Assembly: GCA_951406725.2 (NCBI GenBank)
Contig: OX597815.1
Span: 126,046,001-126,110,000, forward strand
Length of the DNA: 64,000 nt
Origin: Octopus vulgaris
Taxonomy: Eukaryota
Direction: 5' to 3'
The notes under the pieces were generated by a model. That model was not told where the DNA came from and searched no databases. It saw only the letters and a program-made list of their open reading frames with translations. Positions 1 through 13,117 of this stretch are shown here, piece after piece. The stretch's first letter is position 1. Every line of letters begins with the position of its first letter. Made by a program: the position numbers and the translations under genes.

Positions 1-455
1 CGTGCATGCGAGTATGTGCGTATATAGACGTGTTTTACTCAGTGTTTTTACATATTTTCCTGTATTTTTGCCTTTAACCCTGTTTTTTCTCGTGTATGAT
101 CTTTTTGGGCGTGCGTATGCGAATGCGTATATAGACGTGTGTGGGTATGTGCGTATATAGGCATGTGTGCGTGCGTGAATACGGGTATGTGCGTATATAG
201 ACATGGTTTACTCTTTGTACACTCCCTTAGATGAATGTATACTTTTAGGCGCACGTACGTGAGTGTGCGGGCGCGCACGTGTAGGTATGAACATGCGCGC
301 TTACGCGAATACTATGAACTTTTTACCCCCTTACTTTTACTCCCTTCTCTCACTTAGCGGTCATTCAAATAGCTCTTTTGTCTTAATAACGGTCAATCAC
401 ACAGTAATTTCCCTTTGTATAACGGTCATTTTTCATAATATTTTGCCGATGGTGG

Positions 456-516
456 GATAACTGAAGAGATAGCGGCGTGGATTTCCACCTCGGCATCCGA
501 AACTCGGAGTTTTATC
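456..516 (+). ncRNA. Minimal type I hammerhead ribozyme motif (slightly degenerate) at the end of a Penelope-like terminus
   Basis: GATAA-CTGAAGA-GAT(A)GC...GCATCC-GAAA-CTC-G-GAG-TT-TTATC. Stem I is GATAA/TTATC, stem III is near-palindromic, and (TA)n follows about 40 nt later. Confidence 0.55.
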
Positions 517-551
517 ATGGCTACCGATTAATTGTCACATATTACATTTAC

Positions 552-599
<48 letters not shown>

Positions 600-1077
600 C
601 AAAAATCAATGTGGATGACAGATTATCGTAAGTCAAGTTCCTTTACCATGGGAATACGAAATACTTAAAAAGTTCATCGAGATGTTAGGTTTCAAGCGCT
701 CCAATATTACAATCTAAAGAAAAGCAGTAATACATAACATTATGATCGTTTTGAGGAATGCGTTTTTATTGGGCGAGTTTTCCAGCCTATACAAATAGTC
801 GCATTTCTCTCATGCGACTGTTGTATCGACTGGAAAACTCGCCCAATACAAATGCATTCCTCGAAACGATCGTAAGGTTATGCAATACTGCTTTTCTTTG
901 ATTTGTAATATTGGAGCGCTTGAAACCTAACATCTCGATGGACTTTTTATGTATTCTCCTGATAAAGGAACTTGACCTACGATAATCTGTCATCCACTTT
1001 GATTTTTGTTATATTTTGCTCATATTGAGCAATAATTAGGTTTGCTGCAACAAAAGTTTTCCTTTTTTCTTATTATG
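600..1077. mobile_element. Fold-back Penelope-like terminus insertion between (TA)n tracts
   Basis: Imperfect inverted arms ~600-804 and ~812-1008 with loop ttctctc. The right arm carries a hammerhead 3' half (GAAACGATCGTA, 863-874) and runs ~65 nt further to (TA)n. Confidence 0.7.
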
Positions 1078-1096
1078 TATATATATATATATATAT

Positions 1097-1280
1097 TCTT
1101 TTATTCTTCTGTTTTAGTCATTTGACTGCGGCCATGCTGGAACACCGCCTTTAGTAGAGCAAATCGACACCAGGACTTAGTCTTTGTAAGCCGTGTACTT
1201 ATTTTATCGATATCTTTTGCCGAACTGCTAAGTTACAGGGACATAAACACACCAGTATCGGTTGTCAAGCGATGTTCGGA
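1097..1280. mobile_element. SINE-like interspersed repeat
   Basis: Matches the reverse complement of ~63290-63470 (gtcatttgactgcggccatgctggaacaccgccttt... ggttgtcaagcgatg). Confidence 0.6.
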
Positions 1281-1388
1281 CACACGCACGCGCACATAGT
1301 AGAAGGCCCAAGGTGCCACGAAGTGAGACTGAACCCGGAGCCATGTGGTTAGTAAGCAAGTTACTTACCACACAGCCACTCCTCCGCC

Positions 1389-1476
<88 letters not shown>

Positions 1477-2124
1477 AATCTATACACATACATACATGCA
1501 TGTATAACCCTGCTTATATATAATATTACAGGTTACATATATTACATCACACCTTGATATAGTATGAACGGAGGTCCTCGTTGACGGACCCCTTATATTA
1601 AAGAAAGAGTTACTGGATTTGTTGAGCATATCGTCTGCTTGCTTCTCTGCGTTTGTTCAAACAGATATAGACGCCTCTGATGAGAATGCAATAAGGTTCG
1701 AAAATCGATTAAGTCTGTTCATTATCAGTTTCAATCTGCGCAGGAAATAGTAAGATTTTGCCCTTTTTGTATATCTACTACATTGTACATCTACTACATT
1801 GCTGCCCCCCCCCACCACCACACACACATACACACGTGCATATATGGTTGTAACAGCTACTACCATAATTCAAATTTCATGATTCCAGTCGTCGAATCTG
1901 ATGATCGCAAAATGAAATTCGAATAGCTAGATGTGAGGTACTAGTTGCTATGGTGTTAGGTGCCAGGCATCTTGTCATTAGACAATTAGTGAAAAGATAA
2001 TTGAAATTGATATAACAGTATAAATAAAAATATAATTGATGTAATCGAGTAGATATTCCAAATAAACTATGAATATCTCTTTAAACAGCCTTGATACTGA
2101 TTTGGTAAATCAGTTGCAATATAT

Positions 2125-2560
2125 TCTTTTTTACTCTAAGCACAAGTCCTGAAATTTTGGGGGAGGGGCCAGTCGATTAGATCGATCCCAGTAATCAACT
2201 GGTACTTAATTTACCGATCCCGAAAAGCAAAGTACACCTCAGCGAAATTTGAACTCAGAACGCAAAGACAGACGAAATACTGCTAAACATTTCAACCAAT
2301 GTGCTAACATTTCTGCCGACTCACCGCCTTTCAGTTGCAATATATTTATTTCTATATTGCCTACAGGGGCTAAACATAGAGGGGACAACCAAGGACAGAG
2401 AAACGGATTAAGTCGATTACATCGACCCCAGTGCGTAACTGGTACTTATTTAATCGACCCTGAAAGGGTGAAAGGAAAAGTCGACCTCGGCGGAATTTGA
2501 ACTCAGAACGTAAAGACAGACGAAATACTGTTAAGCATTTCTGCCAGCTCGCCGCCTTCA
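2125..2560 (-). mobile_element. tRNA-derived SINE family A, two partial copies
   Basis: Reverse complement of the unit at 5245-5630 and 12324-13090 (gagttcaaattccgccgaggtcgactttgcctttcatcc...). Confidence 0.75.
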
Positions 2561-4200
2561 GTTGCAATATATTGAATATATAAGTATGACAGTCATTGAC
2601 TTTAATCAGATTTAAGCATTAATGTGTTAAGTACTAACTAGAGAGTCTGAAACAACTACTATATGTATGTTCTATATCCAACATAACCATTGCTACTTTT
2701 ATAGAATATGTCTTTGAGAATTTGGTTAGATGTTTTATGCACTTTAGTTCTGTACTTAACAATTCAAATAGTAGCAATATATTGAATGTAAACGTGAGAG
2801 AGTTAATGACCCTCATTCTGCTACATTTAATATATATTATTACTATCTTTGTCATGATAAAGTTTGCAGATATTTGATGGAATTTAGATAAATTTTCCAT
2901 TAGTAAATTTTAGGAATAAAAAAAAAAATTCTTATATCTAGAAAAGTCTGTTCCTCCAGGTTTATATTATGATTAGTATAGGCTTTACTTTAGGTCCAAA
3001 AGCAATAAGTTAATTGCTCAGCAAGAGAATATCTTTTGTCCGAGACAGCATGTGGTGAAAACAGAGAGGCTGAGTTGGCAAGATATCACACGGAGATCTC
3101 CTGTGTTGCACATTAACGTCTGATGTAAGTGAAACTCTAGGTTCTTAGTAAAAATAATTGAATTCTACTGCTTTTTCGGCCATCAGATGACAAATGAAGG
3201 ACAGCTTAATAGAAGTGTGTTCAACTGACTGGATGATTAACCTCTCCTTGTACGACCTTTAATGATTTGTAGATTGGACTTTGAATCTTACTATGTTTTA
3301 TTTTTATTAATTTGAGACTGAAAAAACTGCAGTAATGTATTATGAATTATAGCATAAAGTGCTTTGAACACTATACAATTTCTTTAATGTCTCACTTATT
3401 TAACATTAAAATAAGATTGCTTTAAAATTATATTTCTGTATATTCAAAGTTAATACAGACTTAGATAGAAAGAACTGGTAAGTAAACATAAGACATAAGG
3501 GATTCGAGTCCCAGCTTGTGCTCACTTTTTTCTCTCTTTTTCCTGTTCATAGACTAACATCGTATTTATACTTAAAAAATATGCACACGTATTTCGCAAT
3601 ATTTTGGTAGTATAATATACTGTTGGAATGTAATAAAACTCCTGTGTTTTTTTGTTGCATTTCTATACAAAGACTATAAACATTTCTATGAAACACTTTA
3701 GTTTTATAGAGCAAAGATTCTTGTTGAAATTTATGAAACTCTGTATCAGATTTATAACCTCCTACCATCTTTGCATATCATAACAGCTGTCTCAAGTGAA
3801 TAAGGTAAACCTATAAGTGAGTTTATTTCAAGTAGAGTGAAACACTTATAATCTTAATTATCTTAATAAAAAAATTTAATTGATTAGAAAAATTATTCTG
3901 ACTTCATTTATTCTCATTTTGTTTTTTCTCTTGCGTTTTGCTATGCTGTTTATTATTCCCCATCACTACCACCACGACCATTGTCATGTAAATTTAAGTC
4001 TAGCAGTTTCTGCATCTTAACGAAACTGATTTTTAGCTCATTGGATATTTACTGATCATTATAACAATATATTACAAGAAAATAAAAGATGTCACTTTTA
4101 CAGCATTTGCTGTAAACAATTATGAGGGTTTCAAGTTGCCACTTGACTAAAGAAAACTTTTCAGTAACTCAATCAATACGTCATACACACACACACACAC

Positions 4201-4246
<46 letters not shown>

Positions 4247-4300
4247 ATATATACATATATATATATGTACATATACATACATATATATATATATATATAC

Positions 4301-4357
<57 letters not shown>

Positions 4358-4433
4358 CACAGCTTGTGAGCTGAAACTAAATAAAATAAAAAAAAATAAA
4401 AAATATAAAATACATATACATATATACACACCC

Positions 4434-4496
<63 letters not shown>

Positions 4497-4636
4497 TATA
4501 TACAAACATACATATATATGTATGAATATGTGTGTATATATATATATAACAGCGCAAAATGAAAACACTCTAACCTGTTCTGTAGTCAGAGCACCCCCTT
4601 GTCAGAGAAACTATTGCAGATATAACTCTTCTGAGC

Positions 4637-4705
4637 TATAAAAGCTACTCTTACGCGGATATTTTACATGGAATTAACATTGTAGAGTCTAGCAGTCAGG
4701 TAAGT
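4637..4705 (+). promoter_or_regulatory. Candidate TATA box and short non-coding first exon of the tyrosinase gene
   Basis: TATAAAAG at 4637-4644 and a consensus donor CAG|GTAAGT at 4697-4705. The first coding exon has an acceptor (ttttttttacag|, 10894) upstream of its ATG, implying an upstream exon. Confidence 0.35.
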
Positions 4706-5189
4706 TTGCTTTTGACTTCTTGCACAGACTGTTTACAAATTCGATTGAAATGTGAAAGCGGGCGTTTAATGTTGAAACAAAGATATTTCATTTATTATTC
4801 CGAATTTATGAAGATCAATGGAATGGCAAGACTGCTAAGTCTATTGGACTACATGCCTTGTAATAATTAATTTCATCTTTCTGAGTTTATATTCTACTGG
4901 AGCCACCCATGCAATTTATCCACTATATATCAATTGATTACGAGGCTTATACTAAGATCCATTCAGGTAACTAAAGCACTCCATTACGAAATCACATTAC
5001 TTCTTTTTGCAACAATAATGTAAGCGGAAATGGCATGAGGATCATAACTTCTAATGTGCGTATTATTTTTTAAAACAATTTACACCTTAATTCTATTTGT
5101 CTTTGTGACAAATTCACGAGATCTGTGAATAAATATATGAAATACTAGAAGGGAACTTTTACTATTTAATTTCCATTCAATTAATAATT

Positions 5190-6550
5190 ACTAAGTTAGT
5201 GCAAAAAGTAATTGAAGATCATCTTTAAAGCAATACTATCTCGAATGCGGCGAGCTGGCAGAAACGTTAGCACACCGGGCTAAAAGCTTAGCAGTATTTC
5301 GTCTGCCGTTACATCTGAGTTCAAATTCCGCCGAGGTCGACTTTGCCTTTTATCGTTTCGGGGTCGGTTAAATAATCGACTTAATCCATTGTCTTTCCTT
5401 GATTGTCCTCTCTGTGTTTAGCCCCTTGTGGATAGTAAAGATATAGGTATTTCGTCTGCCGCTACGTTCTGAGTTCAAATTCCCCCGAGGTCGACTTTTC
5501 CTTTCATCCTTTCGGAGTCGATTAAATGAGTACCAGTTACGCGCTGGGGTCGATGTAATTGGCTTAGTTTATTTGTCTGTCCTTGTTTGTTCCCTCTATG
5601 TTTAGCCCCTTGTGGGCAATAAAGAACTAAATATTTCGGCTCGTAATAATTTTAGATTTAAAAGAATTTCAACATGAAGCAAGACTATTTATTCTGATAG
5701 CAAATAATTCTAGTCCTAGGACAGACATTTTCTTCGAAGGTATTGCGTTATGTTTGTTGGAAACATTTTGCAGAAAGTAACTGAAATATTTAAAAAGTGA
5801 TAGTCGGTGGGAGAGAAATCTGTGGAGTAAGATGAATAAGGTAGAATTTTAAAACCAAATTTATTCAATTTTTGCCGAGTTATTTGCGAGACATATGGCC
5901 AGGAGTTAACATAGACAAGAAGAATTGGTTCTTTCCGACCAACCAATGCTAGATGTAAATTTTGAAGTTTTCTACGCATTTTATCTATTTCTCTGCGAAA
6001 ATATCTCCATCAGGATGCAAGAAGTTGTAAATGATTCCATTTATCAACCACACAATACTGACCACAACTCCTATAAATGCAACTACAGTTTGAGAAAGCA
6101 TTTCGGTGCCTCATTTCGGTTCAGCCACTGCTCACGACACCATAAGTTTTCATATAGTACTCATTTTCCATCATGTTACAATATCATAAAAACGCATTGT
6201 TTTGCTGCGCAAAAGAAGCACTGGGCTGGCTTTGGAACAGTAATTTGATTTTCTACTTCGGCATTCGTTTGTCAAGATTTTCAAATTTCATTGTAGTGCA
6301 AATATATAAAGTCTTTTGAATGGTCAATGTTTAGTTTTTCTGCAACCTCTAGTGTTGTTTTTGTGGGTCCGCTTCAATTCTGGCACACAGAGCGTCTTCA
6401 GTAATTGCAGATGTTTACTCATACATTCTTCATCTTCAAAAAATTTCTCCTCTACGTCGAACTTTGCAGAACTAAATGCCCCCAAAACACTATACAATAC
6501 CCGCAGAAAACCGTACCACTAATAAGAGAGATGATTTTAACCAACATTAT
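5190..6550 (-). mobile_element. Degenerate mariner (Tc1/mariner) transposon interrupted by a SINE
   Basis: ORF 5716-5979(-) contains LPYSSYSTDFSPTDYHF (HPPYSPDLxPxDY motif). TIR-like taagttagtgcaaaaagtaattg at ~5192. Confidence 0.65.
5245..5630 (+). mobile_element. tRNA-derived SINE family A, two units
   Basis: A-box-like gagctggcagaaacgttag and B-box-like gagttcaaattcc; multiple copies in this window. Confidence 0.75.
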
Positions 6551-7699
6551 AACATATGTTTGTCTACTCTTGAAGGAAAGCAAAAGATGCCCTCTTTTAA
6601 CATCTCAAATATAAAGAAAATAGTCATCGCCTTGAATTTGCCACCCTCTTCTGTTATCACTAATATGGCTTCCATGAAGCTAAATCTACCGAAGACTACT
6701 TTGTTTGCTATGGCACTAAATAGTGATAACTCTTCTATAGTGAGAAGCAATGATGTTCAACCTGAAACATGGGATGCATTCAACCGTATATAACACAAAC
6801 CATCCATTGACTTCCGTTTATCTCTCATATCTTGCATCAGAAGTATATTGTTCGATCGTCCCATTGCTGTTAGTTGCAATTCGATCCATCAAGTTCTCAG
6901 TCTAATAAGTCGTGCATACACTAAAGTTCGGTTGTAAATCCAGGACTCATTTCTTTCTATGTTTCCCGTTCTCTCTATTAATTTACATTCCTATGTACAA
7001 CATACCAGCTTTCATCCCTTAACATCCATCGCTTAGGTTTAATCCAACAGCAACCCATCCTAAACACCTTACACCAGACATGATGTGTTCGCCTGACCTT
7101 GAGAATATAGAGGATATGGTAGCAGCTTCTTTCAACAGCACTAAGACACAATCACTAGACATCGCTAGGAAACGGATTTATATCATTCTTTCTGATGAAC
7201 ATGAAAACTACTAAAACTATCAAAGCTGCTAAAATTGAAAGCCTCACATATATACACACACGCGCATACACACACACGCACGCACGCACATACATACATA
7301 CATACATACATACATACATACATACATACATACATACATACATACATACATACATACATACATACATACATACGTACGTACATACATACATACATACATA
7401 CATACACACATACATACAGCCATAAGTATATGAATTGTTGAGCGTTTGCATTTAGAAGCAGGAAAAATACATAAAACGTAAAGAACAGTGTGTATATCTT
7501 TCATTAAAAGCACTGACTTTTTGAATCTTAACTCCGAGTTTATTTTACAGTTGGATCAGATGATTAAAGAAGAGTAGCAATGTCATAATATATGTTTATT
7601 TGCTTATATATTGTCATGTTGCTATACTTCTTTAATCGTTTAAAAAGAATCGGAAACGTGAAACTAGTTACAATTTAAGAAGCTTCAGCTTATAATAAC

Positions 7700-8660
7700 T
7701 GTTTCTGTGTGCGGTTCAAGATGTCGATGAGCATAGCAGAAGCACAGTCCCCGATGTAGAGCAGCGCACCATGGTGGGCCTCATTTGAGCTTTGTAGAGT
7801 GTTAGCAACTGTTGGGGCTGAAGTATTTTCTAGCTCTCAAGAGATGGTCCTAAAACCGTTAAGGATGTGCTTTTTACAGGTTTCATGTTCAGTGACTGTA
7901 AGGCCCAGCATTTTGGAGAAACTGCGTGAACCCTCGCAGAGTGCCGCTCATATTTATGAAAGGTGTTTCGGTGATTTCTTGATATGAGTAGCTTTTGAAT
8001 GCATGTGTGTGTGTGTGGGTGTGTGTGTGTGTATGTGTGTGTGTGAGTGTGTGTGTATGTATGTGTGTGTGTTTGCTATTAAAAAGACAAGATTAGCATG
8101 GCTCCACTAGAGGATGCTCTCAAGATCTCTGGTCTTGAAATCAATTCCAAGTTGAGCATGTGCTGTCTTAGTTTACTTCGAGTGGAGCTGATGCATGTTT
8201 CATAAAGGGGCGAGATACCTGCATAAATGTGGGCGTTAGTAGATGTAGCAACAAACAGTTTATTGATGAACAAAAAGAAAGAGAGCCCTGGGGTACACCA
8301 GAGTTGATTTAGAGTGAGATGAAAGAGTTCTGTCGATACATGTCGCGATGGTACGAGCTGATAGGGAGCCACCGACCCAAGATATGGGAGACGGGTGGAG
8401 CACATAGACATTTTGATCGGAGATTCATATGTCAGACGGGGTTGAAGGCTTTGCTGACGTCTAGAGCAGTAACGTTGCTTTCACCCAATTTCTCTAAACC
8501 TAAAATGCACCACTGACTACGCGAGAAACTCTCCAAAGGCTCTGACTAGGAGAAAGCCGTAGTGGTAGTTACTGAAGTGAAAGAGGGAGAGAGTTATTCA
8601 AAATGTTGGAGAATGTCAGTGTTAATGGCTCCCTCCATTACTTTAGAGACAATGGAGACA
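7700..8660 (-). mobile_element. Decayed CR1/Jockey-type LINE reverse transcriptase fragment
   Basis: Minus strand encodes frameshifted GVPQGS...LFLFINKLFVATSTNAHIYA, corresponding to the GVPQGS-LF-YINDL-YADD region. Confidence 0.55.
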
Positions 8661-10923
8661 TCTAATACTTTAGTAAAAGTATTTATTCAAACTATTCATA
8701 TGAAAACCTACATTTAAATAATATTATCAGCCATCACATTTCAGAACATAAACTCATCTCACATTCATCTCTACAACAACCACAAATCAAGCAGAAGACA
8801 CAGTAAAGGTTAAAAAAAAATGACACACAAGTATATGTAAAGATATCGCAGTTACCACATTTTCTGACAGAAAGAGAGAGAGAGTGAGTGAGTGAGCAAG
8901 AAAGAAAGAAAGAGAGAGAGTAGGGGAAAGAGGGGGAGGAAGAGATATTTACGGTATGCTGACGATACTTGAGATCCTTCATGGACTACGCTGGTTCTAC
9001 TCGGGATATCAATCTCCCCACAGGACATACTATAAACTACAAATATACACAAAATAATACTGCACATCATAACATGTACGCAGACTATGGAAGCAGTAAA
9101 GCAAAATATTAAAAGCAGAAAACTACTTGGATATGTGAGTTGCACATTATATTGTCGTAGCAAGCTTCGATACTCAAATTTCCTGTCACTACATAACAAA
9201 TCCCTTCCAAACACTCAGGCATATTTATAACACCACATAACACTTCATATAAATGCAGTACCTCTCCCACTCAGCACAGACAAACATGAACAAAAAAACA
9301 AAATATATACAGGGTAAATAACTCAAATTCCCTTGTTTCGCAAGTCTCACATGCTCCAGCCACTGTTTTGTAATGCACACCAACAACAGAGAAGAAAAGT
9401 AACTGTCACACTCTGAGTTCACCAAGCGAACTACAGCATCGTATCTGCAATATGGTCCTCAGTTAAGCGGGACTTGACCGTTACTTTCAAGCAAGTATGA
9501 CAAGATAGCTTGTAACATTGCTTTTACTAGCTGTTTTTAAGTGCTAATGTGTTGTAAAATGGTCTTGTATCTGTCTTTTGTTCTATCTGTCTTTAGTATC
9601 TGTCTTTTGACGACGTTTGTCGCTTTGGCAGATATTGTTATATTCCGAAGTCGTATGAGCCCCAGTCGTACAGCGTTATTATCCTCAAAATGTTGGATCT
9701 TATAATGTCCACTCAGTATCACAGTATAATTACTATATCATCACAGGCACAATTATCAACACAGACTTACACGTACTCTCGTACTCTACGTACTCTCTCA
9801 ATACTGGCCGACGTCATCTTACTTAGAGTGGCCTTCTCATTCCACTCGTCACAAGGGTTGTACCATTATTACTAATTCCCTACAACACTATGTTGATGTG
9901 TATAGACACAAGTACTAGTTCGCCCCTCTTACCTTTGACTCAGTGGAATATTGAGGATTTGGTAGTTGAAGAAAATTGAAAGAGAACTGCACAAGTAGTT
10001 GGTTGTTACTCATTTTCAGCTGAGTAGACCGAAGCAACGTAAAGTGAAATGCGTTGATCAGAAATGACCTGGCGCTACACACAAACAACAAAAACAACAT
10101 AGTTCTTGTACTTCCTGTTTGGATATCCTCATTAACTAATCACTTTCTCCTCCTCCTCCGAATTGTCTCTCTGACCACTAACCAACACTTCCCTCTTTTG
10201 GGGGCTTTCCACACATTGGAAGCCGATTAAGAGAAATAACTTCAGTTTTATTTTGTTCAAGTGTAAACTGATTTGTACAGTTGTACAGCCGTAATTTTCA
10301 TTCTTAGGTACAGTAGTTACTAAATATTAAACTTCTACAATAATTACTAAATAGTAGACCCACAATAGAGTATACAAGTATTCTCAGACGGTGCTACTGC
10401 TGAACAAACAACTTAGACTGCATTCGGAAAAAGAACAATATGACTAATTGGTATGAAGTCACTCACAGATATATTCCAATCTCTGGTTCACGAGTGAACA
10501 GTTTCCTCTCTCTGGCTTTTCAAACGCATCTTTAAACGCTCCTCAGATCTGTCTGGGCTCATAACATATCGTAATTATTTCTCTTCTTTTCTCATCTTCC
10601 TCGTTGAGTCCACCTACTCCCAGGCCCTACGCTAATCACAACGCCTAGTTTTTCCTTCTCAGAATGGAATTTTCCTTGCTGTTCCCACAAAGGTTCAAGA
10701 AGAGCATTAATGCATAGTTTAGGAAAGCCTTGGAACACATTGAGCAATTTTTCTTAAAAAATAAATAAAAATTTGAAAAAAACAATGCTAAAAATAAACA
10801 CTACATTCCAATATTGATTGAAATATCGATGTAAAAATAAAATAAGATAAAACTGAAACATAATAGAAATATATGTACATATATTTTTTTACAGGTGGTA
10901 CCAAAAATTGTATAAACACCACA

Positions 10924-11310
10924 ATGAAGTGCTTCACTCTGTTTCTACTTCTGCTTGGTATTACCTTTAAGATCACTGTAGCAGAAGTAGCAGTTAGTTC
11001 CTCTAAAGATCTGGAAGTCTGCTTGAAGAAGAACGCCATTGACTTTTCAAAATTCTCCGAACAAGAATGGTTATTTTTTTGTATGAAATATTATTTAAAC
11101 AAAGGGGTCGCAGAAACTCAAAGCACTGAACCTAAAATTAGCTTGTGGGCCGACGTACGAGGAAGAGATTATATTAATTCGTTGATTGATCGATTTTCTG
11201 CAGAGGCTCGAAATGCTACTTCAAAAAGGATTCGTAAAGAATACAGAATGTTAACTGATGAAGAAAGGCGAAATTATCACACCGCTATTCGGATGTTAAG
11301 AGACGATACA
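10924..11310 (+). CDS. tyr: Secreted tyrosinase-like type-3 copper protein, coding exon 1 (signal peptide and N-terminal region)
   Basis: Signal-like MKCFTLFLLLLGITFKITVA; tyrosinase N-terminal motif RIRKEYRMLTDEERRNYHTAIRML; GTAAGT donor at 11311, phase 0. Confidence 0.9.
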
Positions 11311-11387
11311 GTAAGTAAATCTTAATATTTTGAAAACAAATTTCTGCTATTTCTACTAGTAATGATAGACTCTTGTTGTTATTAATG

Positions 11388-12101
11388 GGGATCTTTTCCG
11401 TTTGGCTGTACCTGTGGAAATTTTAAAGTTTAGTGAATTTTAAAATTTGGTGTATTGGTGTGATTTCCCGCACTGAATTTGAAGGGCTAATTCACTTTTA
11501 CAGAAAATTCTTTAAAAAAGTTACAGATTATTTTTACCCAGTCAGTAAACAGGATTTGGAAGCTGTCATTTTGTGCGCGACTGCACATGCTGTCAACTGT
11601 AAACAAATGAAATATTTGCGGAATGCTACTTTGCGTACGCCACATAACTCTTCATAACTGTTATATATATATATATGAATTTTCTGGGAACTTCGCGAAT
11701 TTGTATTTTACACAAGGAAATTCATACGATTATGCAAGAAAAAAAATGGTGCGTGATTCAAAGCCTATTTAGCTATTCTTTTTAGCACATCTCGCGGCCA
11801 CCTCATGCATCATGTACTTTAAGCATTTAATAAGTAAAAATGACCACGTTGGTAAGCAGCTTGGTAACAGATTGGCTTGTTACTATGGAAACAGGCATCT
11901 ATGTCTGTGGTTTCCGATTGGCTAAAATTAGCCCAAATTTGTAAACTTTAAAAACTATTGACTCTTTATTTATTGATTTATGGCGAAATGAATTTCATGT
12001 CAATGATTACCATACAAAACTACACCAATACACCTAATATGAAATTAATTCGAACAAAAGTTGAAGAAACTGAAATCTGGCTGCCAAACAGAAAAGATCC
12101 C
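11388..12101. mobile_element. Non-autonomous DNA transposon (MITE) with ~21-bp TIRs
   Basis: gggatcttttccgtttggctg (11388) versus ctgccaaacagaaaagatccc (12081-12101); 19/21 inverted match. Confidence 0.7.
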
Positions 12102-12323
12102 TGAAAATTACCATGTTATTAGAAAAAGTAGAGAATAAAATATTTTTGGTCATGGGCCTATAACAAAGACGAATTTTGATGGCAACACATCAAAGATCCA
12201 TTGTGAGTCTTGCAAATAAAAAAAGCAGAGGAAAATAATAATTAGTTAATAAAATGTTAGAGAAGCACAGATTTACAAAAATAGGTATTTATACAAAGCA
12301 ATAACTCTCATTTTATTAATAAT

Positions 12324-13090
12324 GCGGTGGGCTAGCAGAAACGTTAGCACGCCGAGCGAAATGCGTAGCCGTATTTTGTCTGCCTTTACGTTCTGAGTTC
12401 AAATTCAACCGAGGTCAACTTTGCCTTTATTCTTTCGGAGTCGATAAATTAAGTACCAGTTACGCACTGGGGTCGATATAATCGACTTAATCCGTTTGTC
12501 TGTCCTTGTTTGTCCTCTCTATGTTTAGCCTCTTGTGGGTAGTAAAGAAATAGAAATAGGTATTTCGTCTGCCGTTACGTACTGAGTTCAAATTCCGCCA
12601 TGGTCGAGTTTGCCTTTCATCCTTTCGGGGTCGATAAATTAAGTACCAGTTACGCACTGGGGTCCATGTAATCGACTTAATCCGTTTGTCTGTCTTTGTT
12701 TGTTCTCTCTGTGTTAACCCCTTGTGGGTAGTAAAGAAATAGGTATTTCGTCTGCCGCTACGTTCTGAGTTCAAATTTCGCCGAGGTCGACTTTGCCTTT
12801 CATCTTTTCGGGGTCGATTAATAAGTACCAGTTACGCACTGGGGTCGATGTAATCGACTTAATCCCTTTGTCTGTCTTTGTTTGTCCATTCTATGTTTCG
12901 ACCCTTGTGGGTAGTAAAGAAATAGGTATTTCGTCTGTCTTTATCTTCTGAGTTCAAATTCCGCTCAGGTCGATTTTGCCTTTCATCCTTTTGGGGTCGA
13001 TAAATTAAGTACCAGTTGCGTACTGGGATCCATCTAATCGACTGGGCCCTTCCCCCAAATTTTGGGCCCTGTGCCTAGAGTGGAAAAAAA
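12324..13090 (+). mobile_element. SINE family A with a tandem array of four ~183-bp internal units
   Basis: gtattt(t/c)gtctg recurs at ~12371, 12560, 12743 and 12925; single tRNA-like head and A-rich end. Confidence 0.8.
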
Positions 13091-13117
13091 ATAAATGCTG
13101 TATAATTGAATAAGTTA

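Noticed and set aside
3119-3190. CTGATG...GAAAC-like strings
   Set aside because: Core incomplete and no stems I or II.
4122-4568. Many ORFs of YIYI/MYVC/HTHT/IIII type across the window
   Set aside because: They are translations of (TA)n, (CATA)n, (CA)n and (TAA)n microsatellites, not genes.
8700-10215. Possible solo LTR or unknown element
   Set aside because: No second LTR, TSD or coding motif identified.
10873-10923. ATG at 10873 as start
   Set aside because: It is upstream of a splice acceptor at 10894; the ATG at 10924 gives a clean signal peptide.
12324-13090. CRISPR-like or tRNA gene array
   Set aside because: Units are ~183-bp SINE duplicates with no unique spacers and no complete cloverleaf.
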